From: Macrostomum lignano
Taxonomy: Eukaryota
Assembly: GCA_002269645.1 (NCBI GenBank)
Contig: NIVC01004054.1
Location: 1-62,695, forward strand
Direction: 5' to 3'
Length of the DNA: 62,695 bases
The notes below the pieces were generated by a model that saw only the letters and a program-made list of their open reading frames with translations, was not told the DNA's origin and ran no database searches. This document shows, piece after piece, positions 61,506-62,695 of this stretch. Each line of letters begins with the position of its first letter. Position 1 is the first letter of the stretch. The translations under genes were made by a program, and so were the position numbers.

Positions 61506-62695
61506 TAATGCAAACTTACCAACTAAACAATTCAATGCACCGATGTTTTCTAAAAAAACGACGTCCTTTTAGCACTGAAGAGTTTCCTTCTGTTGTGCCC
61601 GGCTGCATCTATCTACACCGATGAGCAATCTTTGTCTTTTGGTCAGTTGGGCCGGGATTGCGCTCTAACCACTCCTGCCGCGTTTGCATATCCCACCCCT
61701 AATCGTCTGGATTGGGGTTGGGTTTATTGTATCATTTTGGAGGGGTTTTTAGGGGGGGGTCCACCAATGAAGCCAAATTGCTGCACGCTTAAAACTTCTA
61801 TGGCCAAACCACACTGAGAAATCACTTCAGCAAAAATCTAAGCGAGCCAGAATCTCAACTCAGTCAATAGGCCTGCGAACAAAAGATAGCAAGCACGTAG
61901 GACACCTGTTGAAGAATGGATCATTTTGGTCCATTTGGTCCATTCGTCTATTCGGTCCATTTGGTCAATTTCGGGTCCAGAAGGATCAATTCGGTCAAGT
62001 AGCGGCGTTACTTTTCCAAATCCTGTCTCCAAAGCACAGAACGGTTTCAGGAGCCACCTGACTTGAACGTTGGCGGTGGTGGCTTTGAATTAAAAATTGG
62101 CCCTTCCGAACGTTGATCCTCGATGATAGTGATTCCACAGACACGAAGGTAGATAGCGGAATAGACCAGCTCAAGCGGTAATCAATGAAGCAGGCGATAA
62201 AATCCGCATCAATCTTGCGTAAGCGTAGAAGATGCGCAAACCTGGATGTTGAAAATCGGCTGTCGCCGGATCGCAGGAGTAGCTGTTGTTAGGAGAACCT
62301 GCTAAACTTACGAAGTACCAATTTTCTCGGACTAGAACAGACCGGCGTATTGCCCAATTGCATAATATCCATTTCATTGATCTCAGCGGAGGAGCTTCAA
62401 CTTCATCGGCGTCCAATTGAATGAGATCCTCAAGCGTGCATTGCATTGCGGACTCTCGCTCAACTCTTTCGCCCAACTGGGAACTCGAAGCTCCAAACGT
62501 CACCTTGCGACGGTGCAATAGTCGATACGAGTGCCGGTTGTTGAATCCAAAATTTAAGCCATTTGCCTTTGGTTGCAGTCGGCGTTGAGCTATAGCTAAG
62601 CTATGAACCTTCTGCTACATATTTGACTTACAACTTCATGTTTACACTTTCTATTTTGGACGCATAGACACTACCATAGATAGATAAGACAAGTA

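Noticed and set aside
62000-62518. Minus-strand 115-aa ORF, and a weak hAT-dimerisation-like SIPLST..VESL string in another frame
   Set aside because: No recognisable family; similarity is too weak to call.

Overview
Intron-rich eukaryotic (invertebrate metazoan) genomic DNA with GC3-rich exons and no prokaryotic features or CRISPR. The style of introns filled with simple and tandem repeats resembles flatworm (Macrostomum-type) assemblies, but the species cannot be determined from this window. I reconstructed three spliced + strand genes by hand from GT/GC-AG junctions and reading phase. (1) A complete 25-exon type IV collagen alpha chain (2460-16693, ~1756 aa, one apparent 1-nt indel). It is unusual: Pro-poor and KGD/KGE-rich, with 15 N-G-S/T sequons inside the triple helix, Cys in many interruptions, and no sulfilimine Lys211 in NC1. 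(2) A 5-exon NPY/PrRP/sNPF-type rhodopsin GPCR (25166-34763, 533 aa) with a Cys-rich N-terminus and a long ECL3. (3) An unannotated single-pass membrane protein with two copies of an unrecognised 8-Cys module (40494-53675, 5' exon missing). Most larger introns carry their own private satellite, and several arrays are multiplied copies of the splice junction itself. Mobile DNA: LOA/Lian-type LINE (RT+RNase H) fragments, an RTE-like remnant, a mariner remnant, a TSD-flanked solo LTR, a second LTR-like cassette, and two tRNA-derived SINE families with two copies each.
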